Shown one piece after another: positions 1-12,699 of a DNA stretch of 64,000 bases. The notes beneath the pieces are model-generated. The model did no database searches. It saw only the letters and a program-made list of their open reading frames with translations, and was not told where the DNA came from. Made by a program: the position numbers and the translations under genes. This DNA comes from Mobula hypostoma (lineage: Eukaryota): assembly GCF_963921235.1 (NCBI RefSeq), contig NC_086097.1, positions 88,042,001-88,106,000 on the forward strand. Direction: 5' to 3'. The number at the start of each line of letters is the position of its first letter. The first letter of the stretch is position 1.

Positions 1-931
1 TATGCCCAAGGCAAGTACTGTACAGCCCACGGAAGGAATGGATAACTCGCACAGAGCCTTTCTGAGGTAGAACATTCTTGGTGGTTCTCTAGTCATTTTC
101 TTCCAAGCAAAAGTTAGCCTCGATCTTTAGAATTTATTCATTCTTGCAACTGTACTGCAACAGGTGCTCAACGGCACTTCAGTTCTTAAAATTGTATGGT
201 GGGTTTACCAAATGAAAACTATTTATGTGCTTTTTGAAGTAATGAGCGATTTATATAAATAGGACCTTAAAACTATGCTCAGAATCAATTTTAATGCGTC
301 ATGATGTGTATTGTTTTGGGACAGCAGTACAGTGCATTATATAACAAACTATAAATTACAATAAGAAAATATATATAAAAATACATTAAACAAGTAATGC
401 AAAAAAAGTGAGTATACACGGGTTCTTTGCCCATTCAGAAATCTGCTGGCAGAGGGGAAGAAGCTGTTCATAAACTGTTGAGTTTAAGTCTTCATGTTCC
501 TTGATAGCATCAATGAGAAGAGGGCATGTCCTGGGTGTTGGGTGTCCTTAATGACATAGGTTGTCTTCCTGAAGCATTGCCTTTTGAAGATGTCCTTGAT
601 GCTGGGGAGGCTGGGGCCCATGATGGAGTTGGCTGAGTTTGCAACTTTCTGCAACTTTTTCTGATCCTGTGCAGTGGCTCCTCCATACCAGATGATGACA
701 AGAACAGTTAGAATTCTCTCCATGGCACATCTGTAGAAATTTACGAGAGTCTTTGGTGACATACAAAGTCTCCTCAAACCCCTAATGAAATATAGGCAAT
801 ATTGTGCCGCCTTTGTCATTCAAATGTTCCGAGGTTCATTTTATTATCAAAGTACGTACACAGAATACAGCTCTGAGATTCGTCTCCTCCAGATAGCCAG
901 ATCAAAACTATTCATCAATATGTTGCGTCCA

Positions 932-1112
932 CAGACATCCCACCTTGCAAAAACTCATTTCAGGGAGATAGCACCATCATTTCAGGGAGGTAGTACCCCA
1001 GCCCCCGCAACCCCATATTCCGCGCCCCCCCCCGTCAACCTCCAAGGGCGCATGTATACAGGACATTTGATTATGAAAGAACACAACAATTTATTTGACA
1101 CATACTTAAACT

Positions 1113-1155
<43 letters not shown>

Positions 1156-2101
1156 TATATATATTCCTTGTTGAGTATTTTGTTGGCAATCTCAATGCTA
1201 ATGCAAATAGCTTTATTATTTCTTTTGCAAACTTTCCTTGTGATGTGGCTCTGCTGAAAAGAACTGTGAAATACTTGAGCAGCCTTCCCAGTGATTAGCC
1301 TCCCTAATATGTTGTGGTCCCTAAAAGAAATAAAAGCATAGGGTGTATCCTTATTATATTGTCTTATGTAATACTTTGTTTAGTGATTTTGTCGAATCTG
1401 TAAACCAATCTGTAATCTGTAAACTGGGTATATGCAGAAAATGTGACATTAAAATACAGTATGTACTTATATATTATCATGGAGTAGCTTTTTATTCTAT
1501 TACAACTTTAAGCATGTCTACAGGGAGTTTGGCCTCGTCACCTAGGACATCAATAGAGTAGCTCCTTAGCAGCTAGCCAGCTAGTTTAAATAACGTTAGC
1601 TACGCTAATGAATGAATGACACCTGTTAAACTCACCTCAACATGTCTTTTACAGTCTTAACCCACCATGGGCAATAGAAAAGTCACTGTTGTAAACAGTG
1701 CAGTGAGCAACACTGTCATTATTTTTGACCCCTATTAGGCAGGGGTACACTTTAGTGTAGTCTGGGGTGAAGTACATTTTATATTTTCTTTTCTTGAAAC
1801 ACTTTGCAGTGCAGGACATGAAACTGAACTGATGGAGAGACAGAGGTCGACTGTAAAGCCCGCCCACAGAGAAAACTGATAGGTCTACTTAGCACAAAGA
1901 GACCAACCAGGATGCTCACGCTTGCTCCCGCTCTCGATCTCGCTCCCGTGCTCAAGCTCGCTCTTGCTCCCGTGATCGCTCCCGCTCCTGCTCTCCCTCT
2001 CCCTCTCACTTTTGGGATATTGTATATAATTTGCGGGCGTCAGGGAGCTGCTATTAATATGCGGGAGACTCCCGGAACTTCTGGAAGAGGTGGGATGTCT
2101 G
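932..2101. mobile_element. Non-autonomous TIR DNA transposon (hAT-like) with 6-bp TSD
   Basis: 14-bp TIR CAGACATCCCACCT (932) / AGGTGGGATGTCTG (ends 2101), flanked by CGTCCA at 926-931 and 2102-2107. No transposase ORF. Confidence 0.85.
1118..1150. repeat. (CA)n microsatellite
   Basis: Direct reading of the sequence. Confidence 0.95.
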
Positions 2102-3386
2102 CGTCCAGGATATATCTTCAGGGATGTTGACACTCAGGAACTTGAAACTGCTCATCCTTTCCAATGCTGATCCTTCGATGAGGGCTCGACCCATCAAGTC
2201 TGCTCCACCATTCCATCATGGCTGATTTATTATCCTTTTCAACTCTATTCTCCTGCCTACTCGCTAACCTTTGATGCCCTGACTAACCAAGAACCTCTCA
2301 ATCTCTGATTTAAATATTCACAATGACTTGGCTTCCACAGGCACCGATGACAATGAATTCTATAGATTCACCACCCTATGGCTAAAGAATTTCCTTCTTA
2401 TTTCTTCTAAATGAATGTCCTTCTATACTGAGGCTGTGCCTTCTGGCCCTAGATTCACTGACTCTCCATATCCACTCTGTCTGGGCCTTTCAATATTCAA
2501 TAGATTTCAGTGAGATGCTCCCTCATTCTTCTAAACTCCTGTGAGTAAAGGCTCAGGTCCATCAAACACCATTCATTTCCAGAATCATTCTCGTGAACTT
2601 CCTCTGGACCCTTTCCACTACCAGCATATCTTTCAAGGGGCCCAAACCTGCTCAAAATACTCCAAGTGTGGTCTAACCAATGCCTTTTAGAACCTCAGCA
2701 TCATCTTTATATTCTCTTATTTCTTGCTCTTATATTCTGGTCTTCTCAAAATGAATGCTAACATTGCTTTTCTCTTCCTTACCAACTGAAGGGAACACTT
2801 ACTGTTTTAACCTGCAAGTTAAACTTCAGGGAATCTCAACTTTTTAACCTGCCAGTTAAGCTTTAGGGAATCTTTTACTAGAACTCCCAAGTTCCTTTGC
2901 ACCTCTGATATTTGAATTTTCTCCCTGTTTAGAAATAGTCTAAGCCTTTACTCCTTCTACCAAAGAGCATGACCATATGCTTCCTTGCATTATATTCCAT
3001 CTGCCACTTCTTTGCTCATTCTCCCAATCTGTCCAAGTCCTTTTGCAGACTCAGTGCTTCCTCAACACTACCTGCCTCTCCATCTATCTTTGAAATGACT
3101 GCAAACTTGGTCATAAAACTATCAATTCCATCATCCAAATCATTGACATATAATGTGAAAAAAGCAATCCCAATACTAACTCCTACTGAACACCACTTCC
3201 CACAAGCAGCCAACCAGCATAGGCCCCCTTTATTCTGACCCTTGACCTCCTTCCAATGAGCCAGTCTGGCATCTTTCTGGATATATCCATGGGCTCTTCC
3301 CTTATTAAACAGCCTCATGTGTGGCACCTGAAAATCCAAGTAAACAACATGCTCTAATTCTCTTTTGTCTACCCTGCCTGGTATTT

Positions 3387-5787
3387 AGAACCATAGAACC
3401 ATAGAAACTACAGCACAGAAACAGGCCTTTTGGCCCTTCTTGGCTGTGCCAAACCACTTTCTGCCTAGTCCCACTGACCTGCACACGGACCATATCCCTC
3501 CATATACCTCCCATCCATGTATCTGTCCAATTTATTCATAAATGTTAAAAAAGAACCTGCATTTACCACCTCATCTGGTAGCTCATTCCATACTCCCACC
3601 ACTCTCTGTGTGAAGAAGCCCCCCACTAATGTTCCCTTTAAACTTCTCCTCCCTCACCCTTAACCCATGTCCTCTGGTTTTTTTCTCCCCTTGCCTCAGT
3701 GGAAAAAGCCTGCTTGCATTCACTCGATCTATACCCTTCATAATTTTATATACCTCTATCAAACCTCCCCTCATTCTTCTACGCTCCAGGAAATAAAGTC
3801 CTAACCTATTCAACCTTTCTCTGTAACTGAGTTTCTCAAGTCCCGGCAACATCCTTGTGAACCTTCTCTGCACTCTTTCAACCTTATTTATATCCTTCCT
3901 GTAATTTGGTGACCAAAACTGAACAAAATACTCCAGATTCGGCCTCACCAATGCCTTATACAACCTCATCATTACATACCAGCTCTTATACTCAATACTT
4001 CAATTAATAAAGGCCAATGTACCAAAAGCTCTCTTTACGACCCTATCTACCTGTGACGACACTTTTAGGGAATTTTGTATCTGTATTCCCAGATCCCTCT
4101 GTTCCACTGCACTCCTCAGTGCCTTACCATTAACCCTGTATGTTCTGCCTTGGTTTGTCCTTCCAACGTGCAATACCTCACACTTGTCTGCATTAAACTC
4201 TATCTGCCATTTTTCAGCCCATTTTTCCAGCTGGTCCAAGTCCCTCTGCAGGCTCTGAAAACCTTCCTCATTTTCTACTACACCTCCAGTCTTTGTATCA
4301 TCAACAAATTTGCTGATCCAATTTACCACATTATCATCCAGATCATTGATATAGTTGACAAATAACAATGGACCCAGCACTGATCCCTGTGGCACACCAC
4401 TAGTCACAGGCCTCCACTCGGAGAAGCAATTCTCTACTACCACTCTTTGGCTTCTTCCATTGAGCCAATGTTTGATCCAATTTACCACCTCTCCATGTAT
4501 ACCTAGCGACTGAATTTTCCTAACTAACCTCCCATGCGGGACCTTGTCAAAGGCCTTACTGAAGTCCATGTAGACAATATCCACTGCCTTCCCTTCATCC
4601 ACTTTCCTGGTAACCTCCTTGAAAAACTCCAATAGATTGGTCAAACATGACCTACCACGCACAAAGCCATGTTGACTCTCCCTAATAAGCCCCTGTCTAT
4701 CCAAATGCTTGTAGATTCTGTCTCTTAGTACTCCCTCCAATAACTTACCTACTACCGACATTAAACTTACCGACCTATAATTTCCCGGATTACTTTTCGA
4801 TCCTTTTTTAAATGACGGAACAACATGAGCCACTCTCCAATCCTCCGGCACCTCACCTGTAGACAGCGACATTTTAAATATTTCTGCCAGGACCCCTGCA
4901 ATTTCAACACCAGTCTCCTTCAAGGTCCGAGGGAACACCCTGTCAGGTCCCGGGGATTTATCCACTTTAATTTTCCTCAAGACAGCAAGGACCTCCTCCT
5001 TTTCGATCTGTACAGTTTCCATGATCTCACGACTTGTTTCCCCTAACTCCATAGACTTCACGCCAGTTTCCTTAGTAAATACAGACGCAAAAAACCTATT
5101 TAAGATCTCCTCCATTTCCTTTGGTTCTGCACATAGGCGACCACTCTGATCTTCAAGAGGACCAATTTTATCCCTTACAATCCTTTTGCTCTTAATATAG
5201 CTGTAAAAGCTCTTTGGATTATCCTTCACTTTGACTGCCAATGCAACCTCATGTCTTCTTTTAGCCCTCCTGATTTCTTTCTTAAGTATTTTCTTGCACT
5301 TCTTATACTCCTCAAGCACCTTATTTACTCCCTGCTTCCTATACATGTCATACAACTCCCTCTTCTTCTTTATCAGAGTTGCAATATCCCTTGAGAACCA
5401 AGGTTCCTTATTCCTATTCACTTTGCCTTTAATCCTGACAGGAACATACAGATTCTGCACTCTCAAAATTTCTCCTTTGAAGGCTTCCCACCTACCGATC
5501 ACATCCTTGCCAGAGAACAACCTGTCCCAATCTACGCTTTTTAGATCCTTTCTCATTTCTTCAAATTTGGCCTTCTTCCAGTTAAGAACCTCAACCCAAG
5601 GACCAGATCTATCCTTGTCCATGATCAAGTTGAAACTAATGGTGTTATGATCACTGGAACCAAAGTGCTCCCCTACACAGACTTCTGTCACTTGTCCTTA
5701 CTCGTTTCCTAACAGGAGATCCAATATTGCATCCCCTCTAGTTGGTCCCTCTATATATTGATTTAGAAAACTTTCCTGAACACATTT
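3387..5787 (-). mobile_element. Young 5'-truncated CR1 LINE nested in the older CR1
   Basis: 563-aa ORF 4000..5691 plus 3583..3972 (SDH APE end, QHGF, DFSKAFDKVPH, GVPQGSVLGP, KFVDD). Short tandem 3' tail (AGAACCAT repeats on the + strand at 3387). ATTT at both junctions; the host CR1 rejoins across the insertion. Confidence 0.92.
3583..5691 (-). pseudogene. CR1 ORF2 (end of endonuclease plus reverse transcriptase), one in-frame stop at ~4000
   Basis: Two consecutive ORFs in the same frame separated by a TGA; canonical non-LTR RT motifs. Confidence 0.9.
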
Positions 5788-8659
5788 CCTCAAAGATTTC
5801 CAATAGATTTGTCAGACAAGATTTTCCCCTAGGGAAACCATGCTGACTTTCGTCTACTTTACCATGCACATCCAAGTACCCTGAAACCTCATCCTTAATA
5901 ATGGATTCAAACATCTTCCCAACCACTGAAGCCAGGCTAACTGGTCTATAATTTCCTTTCTCTCACCTCCCTCCTTAAAGAGTAGAGTAACATTTGCAAC
6001 TTTCCAGTTCTCTGGAACCATTCCAGAATCTAGAGATTTTTGAAAGATCATTAATAATGCCTCCACAATCTCTTCAGCTACCTCCTTCAGAACCCTGGGG
6101 TGTAGTCCACCTGGTTCAGCTGACTTCCTTACCTTCAGACGTTTCAGCTTCCCAAGTATCTTCTTAAAAATAGCCACTGCACTCACTTCTGCCTGCTAAC
6201 ACTCTTGAATTTCTGACTTACAGCTAGTGTCTTCCACAGTAAAGACTGATGCAAAATACTTATTAAGTTTGATTGACATTTCTTTGGCCCCCATTGCTAC
6301 TTCTCCAGAGTAATTTTCCAGCATTCCCATATCCACACATGCCTCTCTTTTACTCTTTATATTTCCGAAAATAAAAACATTTGGTATCCCACTTGGTATT
6401 TTTTGGCTAGCTTAACTTCATGTTTCATCTTTTCTTTCCTTTTGGTATTTTCATTCCTTTCTGTTGGTTTTTAAAATATTTCCAATCCTCTAACTTCCCA
6501 CAATTTTTTTGCTATATGTCCTCTCATTTGCTTTTATGCTGTCTTTGACTTCTCTTGCCAGCTTAAGCTGTGTCATCTTTCCTTTAGAATACTTCTTCCA
6601 AATTCCCCCCAGAACCTCCAGCCATTGTTGTTCTTTTGTCGTCCCTTCTAGTGTCTTCTTCCAATGAACTTTGGCCAACTCTTTTCCAATATCTCTGAAA
6701 TTCACTTGACTCCACTATAATACAAATTCATCTGACTTTAGTTTCTCCCTCCCAAACTGTAAGGTGACCTGTATCATAATAAGATCACTGTCTTAAGGGT
6801 TCCTTTACCCTAAGTTCCCTTATCAAATCTGGTTCATTACACAACACGCAGTCCAGTACAGCTGATCCCCTAGTGGGCTCAACCACAAGCTGCTCTAAAA
6901 AGCCATATTGTAGACATTCTACAAATTCTCTCTCTTGGGATCCAGCACCAACCTGACTTTACCCGATCTCCCTGCACATTGCCCTTTTTACATGCTTTTA
7001 CTATGTCCCGTTGAAATTTATATCCCACATTCTGGCTACTGTTTGGGGCCTATATATAACTCCCATTGGGGTCTTTTTACCCTTGCAGTTTCTTAACTCT
7101 ACCCACAAGGATTCTACATCTTCTGATCCTATGTCATTTCATTCTAAGTATATGATTTCATTTTTTATCAATGGAGCCAACCCTCTACCTCCCTGCGTTT
7201 CCTTTTGGTACAAGGTTTATCCTTTGAATTTAAGCTCCCAACCATCATCTTCTTGCAGCCACATCTAGGTGAAGCCCATGTCATCATACCTACCAATCTC
7301 TAACTGCACTATAAGATCATCTAGCTTATTCCAAAAATTGAGTGCTTTCACATGTAATACCTTCGGTCCTGTATTCATTTCCCTTTTCAATATTGCCCCC
7401 ATGTTACACTTCACCTCATTCCACTGACTGCAATTTTGCCCTATCTTCTGCCTGTTCATTCTCACTGTCTCTCTACACACAGGATCGACTTGCATTCCAA
7501 CTGATCCATCCTCAGTCCTATCAATCCAGTTCCCATCCCCCAGGCAGCTTAGCTGAAACCCTCCCCAGCAGCTCTGGTAAACCTGCCTGTGAGGATATTG
7601 GTCCCACTCGGGTTCAGGTGTAACTGATCAGGTTATACCTTCCCCAGAAGAGATCCCAATGATCCTGAAATCTGAAACCCTGCCCCCTGCACCACTTCCT
7701 CAACTACTCAATCATTTGTACTGTCATTCTATTCCTGCCCTGACTACCACACGGAACTGGGAGTAATCCAGAGATTACTGCTATGGAGGTCCTGTTCTTC
7801 AGCCTTTTCCCTAGCTCCCTACACTCACTATCCAGGACCTGTCCCCTTTCTACCTTTGTCATTAGTGCCAATGTGCACCAGAACCTCTGGCTGTCCACCC
7901 CTCCTCTTGAGAGTCTCCTGCAGCAGTTCTAAGACATCCTGGACTCTAGCACCTGGGAGCAACACACCATCCTGGCTTCTCTTTTGTGGTGACAGAGTCT
8001 CCTATCTGTCCCCCTAATTACTGAGTCTCCTATCACTGCCACTCTGCCTGATTTTACCTGTCCTTGCTGAGCCTCAGAGCTGGCCGCAGTGCCACTGGCC
8101 TGGCTGCTGCTGCTGTGCCCTGATGGGTCATTCCCCCAGCAGTATCCAAAGGGGTATACCTGTTGCTGAGGGCAATGGCCACAGGGGAGCCCAGCACTGA
8201 CTGCTTACACCCCTTACTTCTCCAAGTGGTCACCGATCTACTATCTGCAGCCAACACTCTGGTGTGGCCATCTCAATAAAAGACAAATCAGTGAAGTTTC
8301 CCACCTCCTGGATGGTCCTGAGTTCATCAGTTCCAGCTCCAGTTCCCTGACCTTGTCAGTCAGGAGCTGAAGTTGGGTGCACTTCCTGCGAATGTAGTCA
8401 TCAGGAAGACCATTAGGTGTCCTGCAATCTCACACCTCACAGGAGGAGCATGCCACAGCCTGAACTACCATCCTGCATACACTTGTTCTACCTCTAACCA
8501 TGTACACAATAATGATGCAGATGGAAGTGTACAGGGTCTGGACATTCATGGTGAAAATGAGGCAGTCAGAGCCAGGGAATTCATATCTGCTGAGGAGATC
8601 CAGACCATTCTGCCAACAATAGTATCATCGGCAAATTTATGGATAGCTTATCAACACCC

Positions 8660-9625
8660 CTAATCAACTCTCACTTGCACCACCCGTCATCCTCCTCACT
8701 CCCCATCATTGGCCCTTCTCACTCCCTCTTGTGCCTCCACTATCACCCCACCTTCCTTCTCCCCAACTGCTCTCTCCCGCCTCTCTCTCCTCCCTCTCTC
8801 TTGCCTCCTCCCTCAGCGCCAACTACTCTTGCCCCTATTTTACCTTCCACGTTCTGTCACCCTCCTCTCTTGCCTCACCTCACCCACCTTACCTCCCTTG
8901 CTCACTTCCCCTACCCACTCTTCTGTTACCCACCCTCACCCCGTCTCTCCTCTTGCTCTCTGGCCCCTGGCACTCACTTTACCCCTCCTCTTGCCTCCCC
9001 TCCCTTGCCACCTGTCATAAACCTCCCTTACTCTCATCTTTTACCCATGCTTCTCAAACCTCTCTCGCCCTCCTGTCTCTTGCCCCCATCTTGCCTCCTC
9101 TAGCTCCTTTTCATTTTTTTGCCCCATTTTCAGCCTCCCTTCATTTGTTTCATCTACCCACTTGTAATCTTCTGGAACCCTTCACCTATCCTTCCACCCT
9201 TCGTTTCTGACTTCCCAGTTGCCATTATCACCTAATCAGAATCCAGCACTAGTAGCCTTTGTGTTCCTGCACACCATATTCCCAGCTGACTTCTTCTTCA
9301 CCCTCCATTGCCCCACCTGCTTCTATACAGGTTTTTGTTTTCTTTTTCTTTTACCTGTGTGTTTCCACCTATCACTACCAGTCTCTGTCTCCCAAATCCA
9401 CTTGTACACTCCCCCACATGACTTCATCTGATCATCACTCCTCACACTCGTCTTTGGTCCACCTATTGCACCCCTCCCTTCTCTTCATCTTCCATCTCCA
9501 CTGCTAGTCCTGATGCTGGGCCTCAACCTAGAATGTTGTCACTTCCTTTTCCTGCCCAATGCACTCATTTCCTCAAGCAATTTGTTCTTTTCACTTCAGA
9601 TTCGAGTTATTTGTCGTCTCTTATA
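8660..9625 (+). repeat. Pyrimidine-rich low-complexity tract ending in a degenerate Penelope-like terminal repeat
   Basis: C/T-biased for ~850 bp. 9505-9620 resembles the PLE terminal repeat (AGTCCTGATG...GAATGTTGTCACT). Confidence 0.55.
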
Positions 9626-10199
9626 TCTCCTCATTATCCACTGGTTTCTGATTTTGATTTTGCAAGTGCACACCCAACACTGAAGCTCTTTCTTTTTGTT
9701 CTTGGGTTAGGAATTTTATAAAAGTTTGGCCAAGGCACTGCCAAGAGTTAATTGTAAAGTTGGCAGAGCTGATTGTACAACAGGAGGAATTGTGAAACTA
9801 TGTTCTGCTTAACAAAAGTTGTGGTGCTGATGACAATTTACCTACATTATCCTGTAATTGCATGGTGTCCATGAAGGTGATACTGCTTTGCAATTTAAGT
9901 GAGTTATTAGAATTCCATGTCTGGCTCACTTCCTGGGGTCTCTAGTGAAGTTTAATATTATCTAGATAGATATCTCAATTTTGAAACTATTTAGATAATT
10001 TATGCAAATTGCATTTCTAATGAGTATTTTGAGCTTTAGAAAATTTAATGTTACAGCTGCAATATATTTATTCCTACTACTTACGAGTTATTAAAATGGG
10101 GTTGAGTAGAGGCAGTCTTTAAATGGCATTAAATTTTGGAAGTGTTTTTTCTGCTATTTCCCCTCTCCATTTTTACAGAACTCATGTTTGTGCTTTAAC

Positions 10200-10345
10200 C
10201 TTTCCAGTCTTGCTGAGGGGTCTCAGCCTGAAACATTGACTCTTTACTCCTTTCCATAGATGCTGCCTGACCTGCTGAGTTCCTTCAGCATTTTGTGAAT
10301 ATTACTCTGAATTTGAAGCATCTGCACAATCTCTTGTGTTTATGA
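10200..10345 (+). mobile_element. Penelope-like element terminal-repeat fragment
   Basis: GGGTCTCAGCCTGAAACATTGACT...GATGCTGCCTGACCTGCTGAGTTCC, shared with the other PLE copies. Confidence 0.75.
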
Positions 10346-10405
10346 ACTGTTATACATGCAAGTTTCCATAGCTATGGCCTACGTATCCATACTCTATAAT
10401 TAATG

Positions 10406-10655
10406 GGCCAGGCAGCATCTATAGGAAGAGGTACAGTTGACGTTTTGGACCGAGACCCTTCATCAGGACTAACTGAAAGAAGTTCTTACTTTCAGTTCTT
10501 ACTATCTCTTCTTTCAGTTAGTCCTGACGAAGGGTCTTGGCCCGAAATGTCGACTGTACCTCTTCCTATAGATACTACCTGGCCTGCTGTGTTCACCAGC
10601 ATTTTTTATGTGTGTTGCTTGAATTTCCAGCATCTGTAGATTTCCTCTTGTTTGC
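10406..10655. mobile_element. Penelope-like element, inverted pair of terminal repeats
   Basis: Inverted arms. TSD CTCTATAAT(T/C)AATG at 10392-10405 and 10656-10669. Hammerhead-like motif at 10520-10555. Confidence 0.85.
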
Positions 10656-12209
10656 CTCTATAATCAATGTACAGATGAGAGAACCAAGTTATTGAGTCAG
10701 GAAGAAGATAAACGTGTGAAGTTCCCAGGCACGTTTGATGCATTTCGTGAAGAGTCAAAGCCTTTGGCAATCATAATTAGGAGTATAGAACATCGATAGC
10801 ATACACAATTATACAAACTCCACAGAAATTCAACAATTTCAAGACAAAGAACTAAATTCATTTTACATCTTATATCCTGATGATCTTGTGATGAAGTGAT
10901 AAGGGAATTATTGACTAACCATTGTAATTGATCAATAGAACAGATCCACGAGGAAATCTTTGGGAAACAAATATATCTTATCTTGTTTACAACATTTCAT
11001 TCACTACATGTCTATTTTACAATCACACAATGTTCCAAAAATTTTATTTTCAAGGAGAAATTGCACTAATTTGCCATTGAATGAGGACCACTCTGCTGAA
11101 TGTTACAACAGTTCTGCCAATTGAAACCCATTATCCTCTGACACTATCAGAAGTCTGGGTGCGAGGTTTCACCAAGAGATTGCCAGGGCGATTTAAAAAT
11201 ATAGCAATCCCTGAAGAACAATACGTTGTAATGAATGTCCACAGATTAATTGTTTGCTTTCTGGATCTCTGAATAAGCAGCAGCTAAGTCATGCCATTTG
11301 AACTATCGTTTCCAGCATTAAAGAGGCATAGTTTTAATAATTTATATTAATATCAAATATCCAGCAACTGCTCAGAAGTTCATTGAGAAAGTGCATGTGA
11401 TTTTAAAAAATAGGAATTTGGTTAGTTTAATGCTGTTTAAACTGTGACTTGCGGTATATCTCTTTTCTCCTCAGCAAGTTGTTGGATGTTTTAATGAACA
11501 GTAACAATGAACAACAGTAATACATTTTGGTAATGGCACCACTCACCAGCAATTTCAGACCCACAGCATGTACTGGTAGAAGCTGCTATATCATGCACAA
11601 GCTCATTAACAATCAGAGGCATTAGTTTGAAGGTATAGCAGAATTTAGGTCAAAGCAGCAGATGACAAAGCTACTGAGTGGCCTTTGTACATGGCAGCGT
11701 TCAAAGAGAGAGCAGGAGAATGCCTGTCAATCCCAGGAATGGGGAAGGTGTTTGGAGTTATGATCCTAAGAGAGAAAGAACCAGCTGTTGTACTCAGGGA
11801 TTGAATCAGGATCTTATTTTAGGTTTGGTCAGTGTTCAGATAGTGATTGTAGGGGTTTTGGATAGGGGAGTTAAGCATGAGATTTGTTTCTGTAGGGGTT
11901 GAGGGCCTGATTGTTAGGAGATAAACAAATCCATCTGCAGAGGCTTTTCACCATCACAGGACGCAGAACTGTAAGATGTGGTTGTTTTGAAGGTTTTTCT
12001 GACAATAGAATCCTATTTGGAAATGTGACCGGCTGCTTACAGAGGTTGGCATCCAATGTCAGCTGTTGACTCCCAACTAGCAACAATATACCAAACTAAA
12101 ACTTCAGAGGAACATTATAAAGGATATTTCCACAGGAAATGAGATGTATTTGATGCAGAAATCGCATCATTTGGCACAGTTGAGTATTTAGAGTGGCGCA
12201 ACTCGGAAT

Positions 12210-12590
12210 GGACGTGATCAAAGTACATTTATTATCAAAGTATGTATATGTTATACAGCCTTGAGCTTCATCTCCTTACAAGCAGCCACAAACAAAGGAA
12301 CCCACAAAAAAAAGGGAAGCGCCCAACGTGCAGAGAGGGAGAACAAAAGCTAATTATGCAAGCAATAAAAGCAAGCCAACCCACAGCCTTGGCCTCCGTG
12401 CAGTGAGGAGTGGTGTAAACGTCACAGAGCAGCCAGCCGAACCCGACCAACCCTCACCTCTGGTCCCAACACCCTGTCTTTTCAATCCATCTGGGCCGGC
12501 GTAAAAATTGTCCTAACATTGTGTCATTCCTCATGCGAGGACCCGAGCCCTGTTGCTGCGATATGCTCTGGGCCTGGACCCTGCCAATAA
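12210..12590 (-). mobile_element. Rex1/Babar-related 3' UTR fragment (non-coding)
   Basis: TTTATTATCAAAGTATG...TACAGCCTTGAG 3'-end motif, shared with copies at ~820, 36075 and 55470. Confidence 0.55.
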
Positions 12591-12699
12591 TACCGAAGTA
12601 ACTGGTTTTCATTAGCATGGCACTGACAAAGCAGCAGCTTGGAACATATTTATCACTTTGTGCTCTGTCTTATTTGCCTAGTAATCTCCAGCAAACTGA

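Larger units (their letters stand above)
285..2186 (-). mobile_element. Rex1/Babar-type LINE 3' fragment (RT C-terminus plus 3' UTR), interrupted by insertions at ~820-910 and 932-2101
   Basis: ORF 484..819 (KAAQYCLYFIRGLRRL..PKTLVNFYRC..ILT..WYG..KDTQHPGHALF) matches Rex1/Babar RT C-termini. The sequence resumes colinearly at 2102-2186 (FKFLSVNI on the minus strand). A further piece (KFADDTIVG) lies at ~8606-8650. Confidence 0.8.
2187..8465 (-). mobile_element. Old, degenerate, near full-length CR1 LINE (ORF1 zinc finger/leucine zipper plus SGNH esterase; ORF2 APE plus RT), interrupted by a younger CR1 at 3387-5787
   Basis: RT remnants (3016..3339 YVNDLDDGIDSFMTKFA; 5738..6186 QHGF.RGKSCLTNLLE, HPRVLKEVAEEIVE). 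APE N-terminus at 7265..7495. ORF1 esterase-like RELGKRLKNRTSIAVISGLLPVP (7704..7898), ALSNRYTPL (8054..8257), and CSSC..RKCTQLQLLTDKVRELELEL at ~8320-8460. Confidence 0.8.

Noticed and set aside
8639..9210. Pro/Leu/Ser-rich ORFs
   Set aside because: They arise from the pyrimidine-rich low-complexity tract, which lacks stop codons.
10434..10470. Functional hammerhead in the minus-strand arm of the 10406-10655 element (similarly ~13135-13165 and ~21263-21298)
   Set aside because: The GAAA box is mutated to AAAA at 10434-10470 and 21263-21298. The 13135 copy keeps both boxes but has altered stems, so activity is not supportable.
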